DNA of 64,000 bases, taken from Podarcis cretensis. Taxonomy: Eukaryota. How positions within the stretch are numbered: the first letter of the stretch is position 1; each line of letters begins with the position of its first letter. This document shows positions 1 through 11,246 of the stretch, in pieces. Under the pieces are notes generated by a model, which ran no database searches, was not told the origin of the DNA, and worked only from the letters and a program-made list of their open reading frames with translations. Location of the stretch: contig OX638151.1 in NCBI GenBank assembly GCA_951804945.1, positions 74,090,001 to 74,154,000 on the forward strand. Direction: 5' to 3'. The translations under genes were made by a program, and so were the position numbers.

Positions 1-482
1 GTGAGCTTAAAACCTAGTTTCAATAACAGGCAAATTTAAATTTTGATGCATTTTAAATGAACTTTTGTTTACATTTCAGAACCAGCTCCCCCAGGAGCTT
101 CTGTCTATAAATGTATACATTGAGTTCCATTTGATTAATATGAAGCAGATCTTTATTTTTTCTTTTTAGCACAATATTTAGAGCTGTGACCCATCTGGTA
201 TGCTGGACCTCTTGCAAACTGAACATATGTAGCAAAGTTATTTTGTCACAGACAAGGCTTATATTTGGTTTGAGTCCCCAGAGTTGATAGAACTTGTTTT
301 TCTCATTTGATTCAAAAACAGTTGCTAATCTCATACAAAATTATCCATACAGCATATTTTAAAGCGTCAGCAAAAATACACTATAATATCAATGTGGTCA
401 CACAAGAACACATGCGATTCATAAAAATACCATAAACTTAGTACCAAACCTTTAAGGGCTCAAACTCCTTTCTCATATCATA

Positions 483-532
483 GCTGCTGCTGCTTCTCCT
501 CCTCCTCCTCTTCTTCTTCCTCCTCCTCCTTT

Positions 533-564
<32 letters not shown>
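483..564. repeat. Compound trinucleotide microsatellite (GCT)n(CTC)n(CTT)n(ATC)n
   Basis: Directly visible. Abuts the 3' end of the minus-strand L2-like fragment, so it may derive from that element's tail. Confidence 0.9.
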
Positions 565-1310
565 TTAGTTACCGTACCTGCCCTTGACTGTAAAGTCCCA
601 GGGCAGATTATGCAATGATATATGGGGAATGCTAACAATAGCTTGACTATTAAAGGCCAAGGAGAAGTGCATTATCAAAGATTGCCTAAAGCAGATCCCT
701 CTTGACACACCACTATAGGGAAGGAGTTCTACAATTTGGGGGGGCATTGTGAAAAAAGCTCTCCCACCCCTCCAAGGGAGATGACATAATAAAACCCTCT
801 TCTGCAAATGCTGACTGCAATATAGGGAGGAAGTAATCTTCCATGTACTTGGGACCCAGATTGTTTAGGCTTTAAATATGTTGACCTGGCCCTGGAAGTG
901 AATTGGCAGCCAGTGCAGCTGCTTCAGGACAAGTGTTATGCTTGTCCTTAAAGATATCTGAGCAAAGAGCTGGGCTGCCCCTTTCTGCTGTAGTTGCAGC
1001 CTCTGGACTGTCTTCATGGTAAGCCTTGTGTAGAATGCACTGCGGAAGTCTAAACTGGAGGTTATCAGAATATGGAGTACAGTGGCAAAGTTATTCTTAT
1101 TCAGGAGGGTCTGGAGCTGGCATACCCACCAGAGCTGGAAGTAGATGTTCCTAGCCACTGAAGCTACCTGGCTGGGCCTCAAGTGATGATGAATCAAGGA
1201 GTATCCTCAAGCTACACACTTCGTTCTTCCCAGGGAGTCCAGAACAAGCCATTCTGTACCTCATGGACCTGAAAACTAGGCAGCCATACCTCTGTCTAAT
1301 CTGGATTGAG
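565..1310 (-). mobile_element. Degraded L2-type LINE 3' ORF2 fragment
   Basis: Minus-strand translation QRLQL...AAQL...ITLVLKQLHWLPIHFQ resembles the L2 ORF2 C-terminal motif (LQ...AARL...HITP.L..LHWLP). Confidence 0.75.
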
Positions 1311-2601
1311 TTTCTGTGCCAAGAAAACAAACTCTGGGCAAAAAAGTATTAAAATGCCTATTTGAACTCTCCACTCTCTGAACCCACTCATGCTGAGAGC
1401 TCCAAAGCACTTACTTTAGAAGAGTGAGTAGCAGGTAATATATTATCCGTTCTTTGTTCTTGCATCTTGAATAGGAGAGAAGATCACACCTCCTATTTGC
1501 AATTCCTTTAACAATAGCCTGGGTTTGGGGGGGGGGGTTTGAGGGTAACAGGAAATGTCCTCCCTTCTGATCAGCAGGAGACCCACAGTCAAACCATGCA
1601 TGATTTAAATCCACAAAGTGGTCATTTATGGCTGACTGTATACAGACTTCATGTCACTTCCTTTATTGAGTGCCTCCTGTGCATATTACTTTTTGTAATG
1701 CATGAAGCAGCACTTTTAGTCATTTATCCAGTCCTGATAAGCTGTCACCAAACAGCTTGTCTATGTAGGAGGCCTCCCTGAGGTCGCTCCTGCCAGGGCT
1801 AAGCCAGCAACAAGGGGTGGGAGTGTATGTGTGAAGATTTTAGCATATGTTACTCTGAGCATACTGGCTATCTTGATTTCTGGTTTTTAATTTGCTACCC
1901 ACGCAGTGAACAAAATTGCATATAATATATATGCAGGATAGTCTCAGCCGTATCTAGAGATGTGTGTAGATAGAACTGTCTCCAAGAATATGTTGGGGAG
2001 AGTTTGAAAGATAAAGCTTTCTCCTTTGCAAGTGAGTGAGGAAAGGTAGTTCTGGTAAATAGTTACAGGCTAGGTAAATGGCTACTGCTCATTGATGTGC
2101 ATAAAAGGAATTCTCATCTGTCAGCAGCCACCAGGCATAAAGACTAGAAAGCTAGATAGTACACAAATAATATTCCAGGGTCATGAATGCTGTATATTTA
2201 TAGACTACAAGATTGGGAAAATGTCTGATGCGTGTCTGGCAATACACTTTACATTCTTCAAGTTGCAGATCTTTAGCCCCTTATGTGACTGACTTCCTAA
2301 TGTGGTTCTTGGAAACAACAAATTTCTCAAACTTTTTGTTCTCTCCTGTAAGCTTTGGCTTGCTTATAAACAAATAGGAAGGATGCAGCAGGGGTGTATG
2401 GAGGTATCAAAAATAAATTCTCACAAATGGTATTAAAACTGCTTCAGCACTTTGTATGCACGTGATTGGGATAGCACGTGAATTTGGCATAGCTCACTTT
2501 CGCCCTCTAGTGTCACATTTGTATATTGCACTTTAGAACACATTTAAAGGTAAAGGGACATTTAAAACGTTTTATTTGCAGCTGTGTACCTGAGTCCATA
2601 G

Positions 2602-2967
2602 GGGACGCAGGTGGCGCTGTGGGTTAAAGCCTCAGCGCCTAGGGCTTGCCGATCGAAAGGTCGGCGGTTCGAATCCCTGCGGCGGGGTGCACTCCCGCTG
2701 CTCGGTCCCAGCGCCTGCCAACCTAGCAGTTCGAAAGCACCTCCGGGTGCAAGTAGATAAATAGGGACCGCTTACCAGCGGGAAGGTAAACGGCGTTTCC
2801 GTGTGCGGCTCTGGCTCTGGCTCTGGCCAGAGCAGCGATGTCACGCTGGCCACGTGACCCGGAAGTGTTTCCGGACAGCGCTGGCCCCTGGCCTCTTAAG
2901 TGAGATGGGCGCACAACCCCAGAGTCTGTCAAGACTGGCCCGTACGGGCAGGGGTACCTTTACCTTT
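2602..2967 (+). mobile_element. Sauria SINE, full-length young copy A
   Basis: tRNA-like head with B box GGTTCGAATCC, (ACCTTT)n tail, 15-bp TSD TACCTGAGTCCATAG (2587-2601 / 2968-2982). Confidence 0.92.
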
Positions 2968-5099
2968 TACCTGAGTCCATAGTCTGAACTGTCACTTTCA
3001 TGTTCATTGTTTAGAAGTATCTGAAACATTCCCCATCACATGTACCTAGACAAGAAAGGCAATGCCAACGATTCAAGGCCAAGGCACAGGAGTGTAACCT
3101 GTTTCATAGCTGGCAGGAAAAAGTCTCCATCGTATCTGTATTGTTGTAGTGTTAGTTCTCAGTTTCAGCACCTTGAGTGAGGCATCCTTGAGTTTCTTAT
3201 TTTAATCTAGCCTTGCGGTTAGTTCTGTAACGTTGCTCAGGTCTTCTTCCCCAGCTTGTAAAAGTATTGTGATAATTACACTAACTAGTGCTCTGAGCCC
3301 TATAAAACTAAGAGAATGGGGTGGGTGTGTGATGGCCCGATTAGAAAGAATGCTATTATAAGGAAGCACTGTGCATCTCTTTTCCCCGGACTGGAAACCT
3401 GTGTGGCTATCCTAGCTGTATCTGCTGGCTTTCAAGGGATGGGAGAATCACGAGACTCTTCCTTAGGCAATCAAAGATCATTGGGGTGGGGTAGGCGTGG
3501 CTAATGAGGATAGAGAACTAAATGCACTCCTTTTATTTGCTTGTTTGGGAGCAATTGCTAATTTCTTTTATTTCCCCAATAACCATTCGCTGTTTCCTCT
3601 CCCCCTGTAGTGCATGAGTTCTGAGAACATTATGAAAATAACATTGATTTCATTTTGGAAACAAAGAACAGTATCTCTTTTCACTACATATTGTGGGAGG
3701 AGAGGACATATTTCAGCATACCAAAGTTTGCGTGGCCTTCTGCATGTTGTTTTTGAATGTGCATTTATGATGGTTGGTCGGATCTATTTAAAATCTTATT
3801 TAAAAGTTAGTGGGTTTTAGTAGTTTTATTTAAGGTTTTACGCTGATAATGAATAGTATGTATTTTAAGCATGGTTTTTAGCTCTATCCTTGTAAACATG
3901 TTTTCTAGAAACTAAACTGGGTGTACTTAAAATAGTTGTCCTGTTAAATATGAGTTACTAGAGGTTATATGAGTGGCAAGTCACTTGTGACAAAGGATTC
4001 CATGCAGTCTTATTAAAAGGCAATGAGGCCAAGATCCTGGTATAAACTGGGTTGTAGAAAATAAATCTCACATTTAGCATTAAGTAATTACAACACTGCT
4101 TTCAAAACAGCTGATGTTCCCAGAATACCTACAGCAGCATTAAACTGGGCGGATGTTTCTTTTTTGGGGGTGTACTTAAGTGTATCTTGGAATTTGTATG
4201 TTTAGCAGTACAATGAGATCTCAGTTAATAAGCAAGACTTTAGATGGACAAGCTGATATATTGAACAGAATGAAACAACTTCTGTGCCAAGGTCCAGCAG
4301 AAAAGAGAGACCTAAAATAAACAGGGAAGCTAAATAGATGAATAGTTCATAGTACAAAAGTTCTTCAAATTAAGGAAAACACGTTTGTTTTTATTTAACA
4401 AGTGGAGGCAGCCCTGTACATGAAAACATTTGTTTGTGCCTTATATCTTATAGAGCAGGAAAGCAAATGTTCCTTTTCAGCTTATGAAATGGCAGTCAGT
4501 TTTTTACAGTACACAATCAGAGAAGTTGCTTGAGGAGGCTGGCCTTTCTGAGGTGTTGAGAAGCCGAGCCTCATACCTGTTTATCTGATCTCTGATTGGG
4601 TAAAAACTGTTGCTAGGCTCACTTCTTTGTTCCTGGGCAAAATTAGAAAGGGGAGTGTGGCATGTTTCAACTGCTTCTGCTGCTTTGCTCAGTTCTGCCT
4701 GCTTCACTTTCTTCTCTTTTGTTCTTTTCCAGAGGTATGATAGATTAGAAATTTACACAACTTTTCTGAGTTTCAGTAGGTTAGTCCTAATGAACATATA
4801 GAGGCAAAGAAATCTAGTATTGTTATGTTTTCAAGAAATTAAAACTTAGAATCTTAATGAAGAAAATTTGATTTATTTAATCTGAATTATAAAAAGTCAC
4901 ACTGGCAGCAATTAAAGAATAGTTTCTGGCGCCTGGACAATAAGAGTTGCCAGAGAAGAAAGATGAAGGCTGTTGGTGGTTTTAAACACTGCATGTTGAG
5001 TGTTTCCATGACCCAAGATACAGAAATGCCCCATATGGCCACACTTGTGATAATGTTCATAAAGGCAATGCTATTATTTTTATTTCATTCATTTAAACT

Positions 5100-5700
5100 A
5101 AGCAATTCATATACTCCTTAACTACAATCATCTCTAGGTGGTTGCAGAACATAGAATATAGAAAAGGGGCAAATTGGTTAAAACTATAAAACCAGAAAGC
5201 CTGCTGGAAGAAAAAAGTATTCAATAAGTGTCAGATGTTCCACATGCAGTTACATAAAATTGGGCGTACAATACTGAATGCACAGCTCGTGAGGCAAGCA
5301 TCCGAGCCATGGGCGGGGGGGGGGGCACACAGTGACTCCCCCAAAGACCTCAGTGATCAGGCAGAGATATAAGGAATTAAGTGGTCCTTAAAATATCCTG
5401 TAGCAAAGTTGTTAAGGGTCTTGCGAATTACTATGAAACTGGTCCAGTAGCATATAGACAGACAGTGTAAACTTTTGAGCACCAGAGTTACATGCTTAGT
5501 CTAGACCCACAGCACTCTCAATGCGGTATTTTGCACCAGCTAGAGTCTCAAGACCAGGGCTAAGGGTAGCTCCACATTGCAGTAGTCAAGCCTTGAGGTT
5601 ACCAGTACATGAATCACCATAGTCAGACAATCTCAATCCAATAACGTCTGTAGTTCAAGCAGTTGAATAGATGTGTCGGCATAAAAAGTTCTTTAATAAC
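5100..5700 (-). mobile_element. Highly degraded L2-type LINE fragment
   Basis: Patchy similarity to the 565-1310 fragment (e.g. cattgcagtagtcaagccttgaggttaccag versus cactgcggaagtctaaactggaggttatcag). Confidence 0.5.
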
Positions 5701-6692
5701 TATTTGAAAGTTAGCAAGGATGCCTGTGCAATCTCTCATGGAAGAGTATTCCATAGCATGGAAATGGTGATTCTAAGGCTGGATCTAGACACATCAAAGA
5801 AGCGTTTCAGGAAAACGTGTTGTAAACTTTGTATGTGAAACCGCATTGGCGAAAAGGGAACTCCACAACCCCATCTGGTGTCAGTGTTATAATGCATATA
5901 CAAAGCATATAAAACATTTTTTCTTTACTGATCTAGATGAGTCCTAAATGGTTGATACTGTTCTAGTGTTGGTCGGCACTTCAACATGAATAATATCTAT
6001 GGAAATCATGCTACTATTCAGTGCGTTTGTACTTTGCCATTTACAAGACCAAACTTGAAATTGTTCAGTAAATAAGCCTTCAGAAGGGGATTCCATACTA
6101 GAATCATATAACTACAAATGAAACACTGAATTATTATGTGTTGTTGTTCTTAACTGCAAACATCACTGCTGTATTGTGGATTTATATTTTAGTAGTTCTT
6201 TATTAGGAGGGAGTTAAGATTTTCTGTGTGGAAGTTTTCTTTGTTTATACAGGCTGTCCTAGGGTATTTGGGAAGTGGGTTCCATTATACTTCCCTTATC
6301 TTTTTTTCTTGTTTATCTCTTGCTAGTACAGTGTAAATAATGATATTTAGATGGGGGAAGGGTTGCTGGATATGCAAGGACTTGATATTTACATATAGTA
6401 CTTGTTTCAGTCTTAACATTGACAATGGTATTTTGGATGTTAATGTTTGCTTGATGTGATCTAGGAGAACTTCAGAATGAGGGTGGTAGAGGAGATATAA
6501 TGAAACAAAGTTTTTAGGCTGTATGAGAAACAGTTAAGAGTACCTTGGATCCACCAGGTATGGCTTTGCATATCTGATCTTTCAGCGTCCACCAAAAAAA
6601 GGTCACTGGGGAGGTCAGAAGGTCAGAGCATTAGTACCTATTATCTGTTTGAGTTGAAAGAAACTTATTCTAAATGAAGTTGTGGTTGTAAA

Positions 6693-6832
6693 CCAAGTGT
6701 GGGGAACTTTTGGCTCTCCAGATATTGCTGAAGAACAACTCCCATCAGCCCTGGCAAACACAGCCAATGGACAGAGATAATGGGAGTTCTAGTTCAGCAA
6801 CGTCTTGGAGGTCCAACAGTACCCCATATCTG
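6693..6832. mobile_element. Old hAT-type hairpin MITE (same family as 18084-18219)
   Basis: About 140 bp with imperfect inverted arms and a CTCCCATCA...TGGGAG core. Confidence 0.65.
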
Positions 6833-6949
6833 ATGTAAGCAGAGAGCTGTTTTGTAATGCTTAAATGACAATACAGCTTCTCTTTTTGCCTATGTGCACA
6901 ATCAGATCAGGAAGCTGTAGTGGAAAATGCGGAAGAAAAACCAAGGAGG

Positions 6950-7486
6950 TGTAGGTTTGGCTTTAGGCAGCCAACCCTTCCTGTGAGTCCTTGCAGGAGC
7001 ACTCCTGCCTTCAAGGGTGGCCCAGCTGGGGCTTGATTGCCCTGAGTAGGAGCCCTAACTGCCACAGGTGGCGGCCATGGAGATATCCAGCCGCACCTGG
7101 TTGAGGCAGGTATAAATAGTGCAGGGCAATGGGGTCAGGAGGGAGAGGATGATGGACCAAACACTGCTGAGGCTTCCCACGGTTGGATCTGGTGTTATAT
7201 GTGAGTGAAGGTCTGGTGGGGGAATTGTTACTTTGGAAATTGTTCCTTTGGGGTTACTTCTTGGTGGTAGAGTGCTTTGTGTTACTGTGTAAGAAGGTTT
7301 AAGGAGGTTTATTATTGAAGGTTTAAGGAGGTTTACTGTTTGAGGGGTTTTGTTTTTGTTACTCGTTAAGTCGTTTTTCCTGTTCTGTTCAAATAAAAAT
7401 ATATTTCCCCTCATATGTTGACTACCAAATATCCTTTAAAGGACCTGTAGAATTAATTGGCAAAAGAAAAGCCAATACTCCTGGCA
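6950..7486 (+). mobile_element. Candidate solo LTR (Gypsy/ERV-like)
   Basis: TGTAGG...CCTGGCA termini, TATAAATA at 7111-7118, GT-rich R/U5-like segment, AATAAA at 7392-7397. TSD only partial (GGAGG/GGATA). Confidence 0.45.
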
Positions 7487-8559
7487 GGATAGATGCCTTC
7501 CCCACCTATTTACAAGATTCTTTATCACCAAACTGTGTTAGGGTAATATGTGAGGCAGTGTCCAACTCCCCTTAGCATCATTATATTTTTGTTGTTCAAG
7601 CAACAGTAGTTCGACTTCCTTTAATTACTGATTTATTTTGGTGTGTCAAATATGCATATCAACAATAAAGATATAGGCAACCCCCCCTTTTTAAAATCCA
7701 CACGTCTTGAGACAATTTTTATGAGAGACAAGTAAAATAAAGAGCCCATTATCCTGTCACAGTTGAGAGCAATAACACTTTTTTTTTTTGCAAGTTCAGC
7801 AGTTTTCCTCCCTGAAGGGAGATATGTATTGTAAACACTGTGAACCAACTGTACACAAATCCCCACACGGAGTTAATGTGCTTTGTACAGAGCAAGTGAA
7901 TACATGTTGAGTCAACTGAAAGCTTTGGCTTCTGCAACTTTATTTTTCTGTTTCCTTTCAGTTCTTGAAAAATAGTGCAAATTGACACGCGCTCACTGTC
8001 ACAAGGACTGACAGAACATCTTTTTAACCTTAGTGAGGAGCTTTGGAGCCCCTGTTTGCAGGAATTTGAACATGAAGATGGTGGAAGTTTGTGGAAAAAT
8101 GCAGACCAGTTGTTCCCCAGCAACATCTAGCATGTTGCATCATTTTCTGGCGTGACACAATTAGCAAGGAAAGCTGTGGCTGGAACGTGGGCAAAGGACT
8201 GGGTACTTTGAAATCAGGGCAGATCGGAGAGGGAGAGGACAATGCTGATGCCTAGCAAATCTCCTGAAGAAGCTAGCATAGCCTAAAGTGAACTGCACCT
8301 GTTGAACAGAGACCTTTTCGTTTTGCAAGCCTTTCCTCAACTGGGAAGGGTCCAGTTTTTGAGAAGACTTGGTTCCCCTTCCCTGTTGTTGTTGTGGTGG
8401 TGGTTGTTATTGCCCTCCACCCAGCAGTATCCCTAAGTGCCTAATCCGTGGCAGGGAGGCATGCCAGACAGAGCCAGGCTTCGTAGGCGCTGCCAAGAGC
8501 GCTTTCTAAGATCATATGCGAACTTTATTTGGAGAGTGGGAGGGGAGAGGGCTGGTAGC

Positions 8560-9360
8560 TGGCTCCAGGGCCTGTCGCTGCCTGCAGCCGGGATATTGTG
8601 CCTCTCCTTATCAGCGCTAAGAAAAACGCGGCGGCTTCTTTATTATTATTATTTTTCTGCTTAAAGGGGGGGGGGTTGAGAAGGGAGTCTTGGGAGAGCA
8701 GGCGCAGATGAGGGTCGGGGTCGCCGTCAGGCGCTCGCGGCCCGAGTCAGGGGGACGGGGCGTAAATCCACGTGCCGTTCTCCCCGGAGACCCTCGGCCC
8801 TTCGTTTTCGCCCCCCTTTCCAGGCGCTTTTGCCTGCCTGCGAGTCCCTCCGCTTCCCGGTCATTGGCGGGCAGCCGCCAAAGGGGGCGGGCTCTGCTGG
8901 GCTTGTTGTTTGTGCCGGGCCTGCCCGCCCACAGGCTGGCTTTTAAGCTTCGGCCTGCCGCCCTTGCTGAGGCCAGGAGGCGGTCGCGCGCTCTGAGCTG
9001 CAGCACCAGCAGCTCCTCCTCCCCGTGACCCGAGCTAGTAGGCATGCAGCTGGCCAGCACAGCCAACCGGACCTCGGGCTTCTGCTGCAACCACTGTGGA
9101 AGCCAGCAGTGCCGCAAGGTAAAAAAAAAGGGGGGGAAGGGGGGGCTTGAACCAGCGGGATGCATCGGGAGGAGGGGACTCGCTTCGCGCTCGGAGGTGC
9201 TTCAGTCTGCTGCTTGGGAAGTAGAGTCGGCTCGCGCGCCGCTTGTTCGGCTGTCAGTCAACGGGAGTGAGAGCGAGCGAGCCTGAGGTAGATTCAGCTG
9301 TTTACGGAAAGGCTCCCAGCTTCAGGTGTTCTTGCTGGCTTCGTCGGCGTCGCTTGTCAT
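8560..9360 (+). promoter_or_regulatory. SESN1: CpG island / internal promoter of SESN1
   Basis: Sharp rise in GC and CpG content. E-box CACGTG at 8769-8774, inverted CCAAT at 8863-8867, GC box GGGGCGGG at 8884-8891, FOXO-type TGTTTAC at 9299-9305. Confidence 0.85.
9044..9118 (+). CDS. SESN1: Sestrin-1 coding exon 1 (short-isoform first exon), MQLASTANRTSGFCCNHCGSQQCRK
   Basis: ATG lies in the CpG island with an in-frame upstream TGA at 9026-9028. Donor AAG|gtaaaa, phase 0, matches exon 2. Resembles the recalled human short-isoform N-terminus (MRLA...CKQC). Confidence 0.8.
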
Positions 9361-9894
9361 TTCGCCACCCCCCCCCCCACTTGCATGCTCTTAGGCTGGG
9401 TTGCAGAAAAAGCATGTAGGGGAAGAATAGCACCTTTTGGGGGGGGGGGAGATGCTGGAAGCGTTGCAGCGTTGTGAGGATCTGCTTCTGAATCCCCTGG
9501 TTTGCCGTATTGGCGTGTTCTTGAAGGCTCATTTGGTCCTCCTGCTAAGAACCTAACAAAGGGTGACTGGCTTGTAAAAGATCCTCTTCTGTGGTTTCAA
9601 CAGACCTGGGAAAGCAATTCTACATAGGGTCAAGGTCAATTATTTAAGTGCCATTGTTGTCTTTAAAAGTTGTTGGGTGTGCTTCGAAACTGGGTATTGC
9701 AGCCCATTTTAATGCTTAAATGTCGGAATTGTTTGGTTTGTATTGTTTATTCATGGACGGCAATATTTCTCCCTTGAAAGCTTCCTGCAGCTCCTGCAGC
9801 TTTATTTTGGAAGGGCTCAGGTGTTTGGAGGACAAAGCTGGTTTTTGCTCTGTGCATGTTCTAGAGTAGCACACAAAAGATTGTGATAATAGCT

Positions 9895-10072
9895 ATGGGG
9901 TAGCCAACGTGGTGCTTCCCAGTTGATTCTGGATTAAAACTTTCATTATCCCTGATCAATGATCATGATGGATTAAAACTTTCATTATCCCTGATCAATG
10001 GTCATGATGCTTGAGACTGATAGAAGCTGAAGTCCAATAACAAGGTGGAGGGCACAGCACTGTCTACCCCTG
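9895..10072. mobile_element. Old hAT-type MITE with an internal 39-bp tandem duplication (about 9931-10008)
   Basis: GGGGTAG...CTACCCCTG ends. Unit GGATTAAAACTTTCATTATCCCTGATCAATGRTCATGAT occurs twice. Confidence 0.6.
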
Positions 10073-11246
10073 CACTTACTTTTCAAATCCCAAACACAAA
10101 CTTGATCAACAAATGAAAAACCACTGTAATAGTCTGCAGTCTTTTCAAAACCACCTTCTAGTATAAAGTGTACTGCTCAAGTTCCCTTCTGTGGTTAGAA
10201 TTTTTGGAGAATGTGGGGAAAACTTAGTAAAAGTGTTGATGGGGAAATTAAATGTGGGGAAATTAAATGTGGAACTTCACATCGAACCACAATATCAGTT
10301 TATGAATAACAGTAACTAATGCTAGAATTTTCCAGTCTCCTGCATTCTTACATATCAGAAATATAACTTTGGAGACATCACAAGGATCTTAGTAGTACTT
10401 CTCTTAACTAAAAGTAATTATTTATGCATGACTGTAGTTAAGAACATAAAAACATTATGAAAACGGGAGCTGAAATATTAGCAGTAAATTACAGTACAAT
10501 TTTGACAGCATATTGATAAGCAATTAAACCTACTTGATTTATGTCTGAACTTAGTTGGAATGTTTAACATTTATATACAGGCACTACAATATTTTCTCAG
10601 TTTCTAAAAAGTCCTCTGAAGGCATCAAGTGCCAAAATTGTAAATAACTGGCAAATAATTTAAACATCTGAAAGTGATGTAAGTTGTCAGTCATGAATCA
10701 TAATGTTATTCAGAGACTAGGCTACAGTGGGAACAGTGTGTGTGGATAACATCTCTGACTAAGCAAAGAGAAGCTCGTTGACTGTCTACCTTACTGCCCT
10801 GCAAGTAGCGAGAGGCATGCCATTTTTATGCACAAGAGGGACAAAAAGAATAGTATGCCTCTGAGTCTAGATAGCTCTCTTGGAGACAGTACCATTCTTG
10901 TCTCAAGCTGAAATGAAAACATGAATTTTCAGTGTGTATCAGTTTGTGTAGAGATGTCAAATACTTTAATGCAATGACTGCAATGCAATGCCTGTCATTG
11001 CATGAAAGTATAACTGGCAGCTGACATTAACAGTATCATGATCAGTGAGTTATTGTCTTCAAGTGACATTTGAGCAAGGCATGGAAGTTTTAACTTGCTC
11101 TCACGTAACTAAAGAAGTACAATACTGTGGTTTTATAAAACACACATTATTTCTGTACTGAAAAGTGAGAACAAGAGCATTGGAAATATCTACCCATGGT
11201 TGGAACCATGGGCGGCTCCAACACCAAACTAGTTCAGTTTCAGTTT

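Noticed and set aside
2632-2932. Near-identical 69-73 aa ORFs recurring at 2.6-2.9 kb and 54.3-54.6 kb
   Set aside because: These are translations of non-coding Sauria SINE copies, not duplicated genes.
5775-5946. Possible PIF/Harbinger MITE (TAA-GGCTGGATCTAGAC...ATCTAGATGAGTCC-TAA)
   Set aside because: The TIR match is too degenerate to call without a consensus search.
8072-8155. Short ORF MKMVEVCGKMQTSC... after an acceptor-like site, as an alternative SESN1 coding exon
   Set aside because: It terminates in TGA before any convincing in-frame donor and has no resemblance to known sestrin N-termini.
8455-8475. p53 half-site AGGCATGCCA near the SESN1 promoter
   Set aside because: No second half-site at usable spacing; isolated half-sites are common by chance.
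1-8500. First exon of the long SESN1 isoform
   Set aside because: No frame resembling the recalled long N-terminus (…LLMLSKRCPF…) was found; it presumably lies upstream of this window.
8437-9165. Long overlapping ORFs (182 aa on -, 112 aa on +) at the SESN1 promoter
   Set aside because: Low-complexity Arg/Ala/Pro/Gly-rich frames are expected from stop-codon depletion in a CpG island, and no protein family is recognisable.
9931-10008. Direct repeats (also 10239-10272 and 20868-20926) as a CRISPR-like or regulatory array
   Set aside because: Only 2-3 adjacent units with no unique spacers, in vertebrate DNA; simple slippage duplications.
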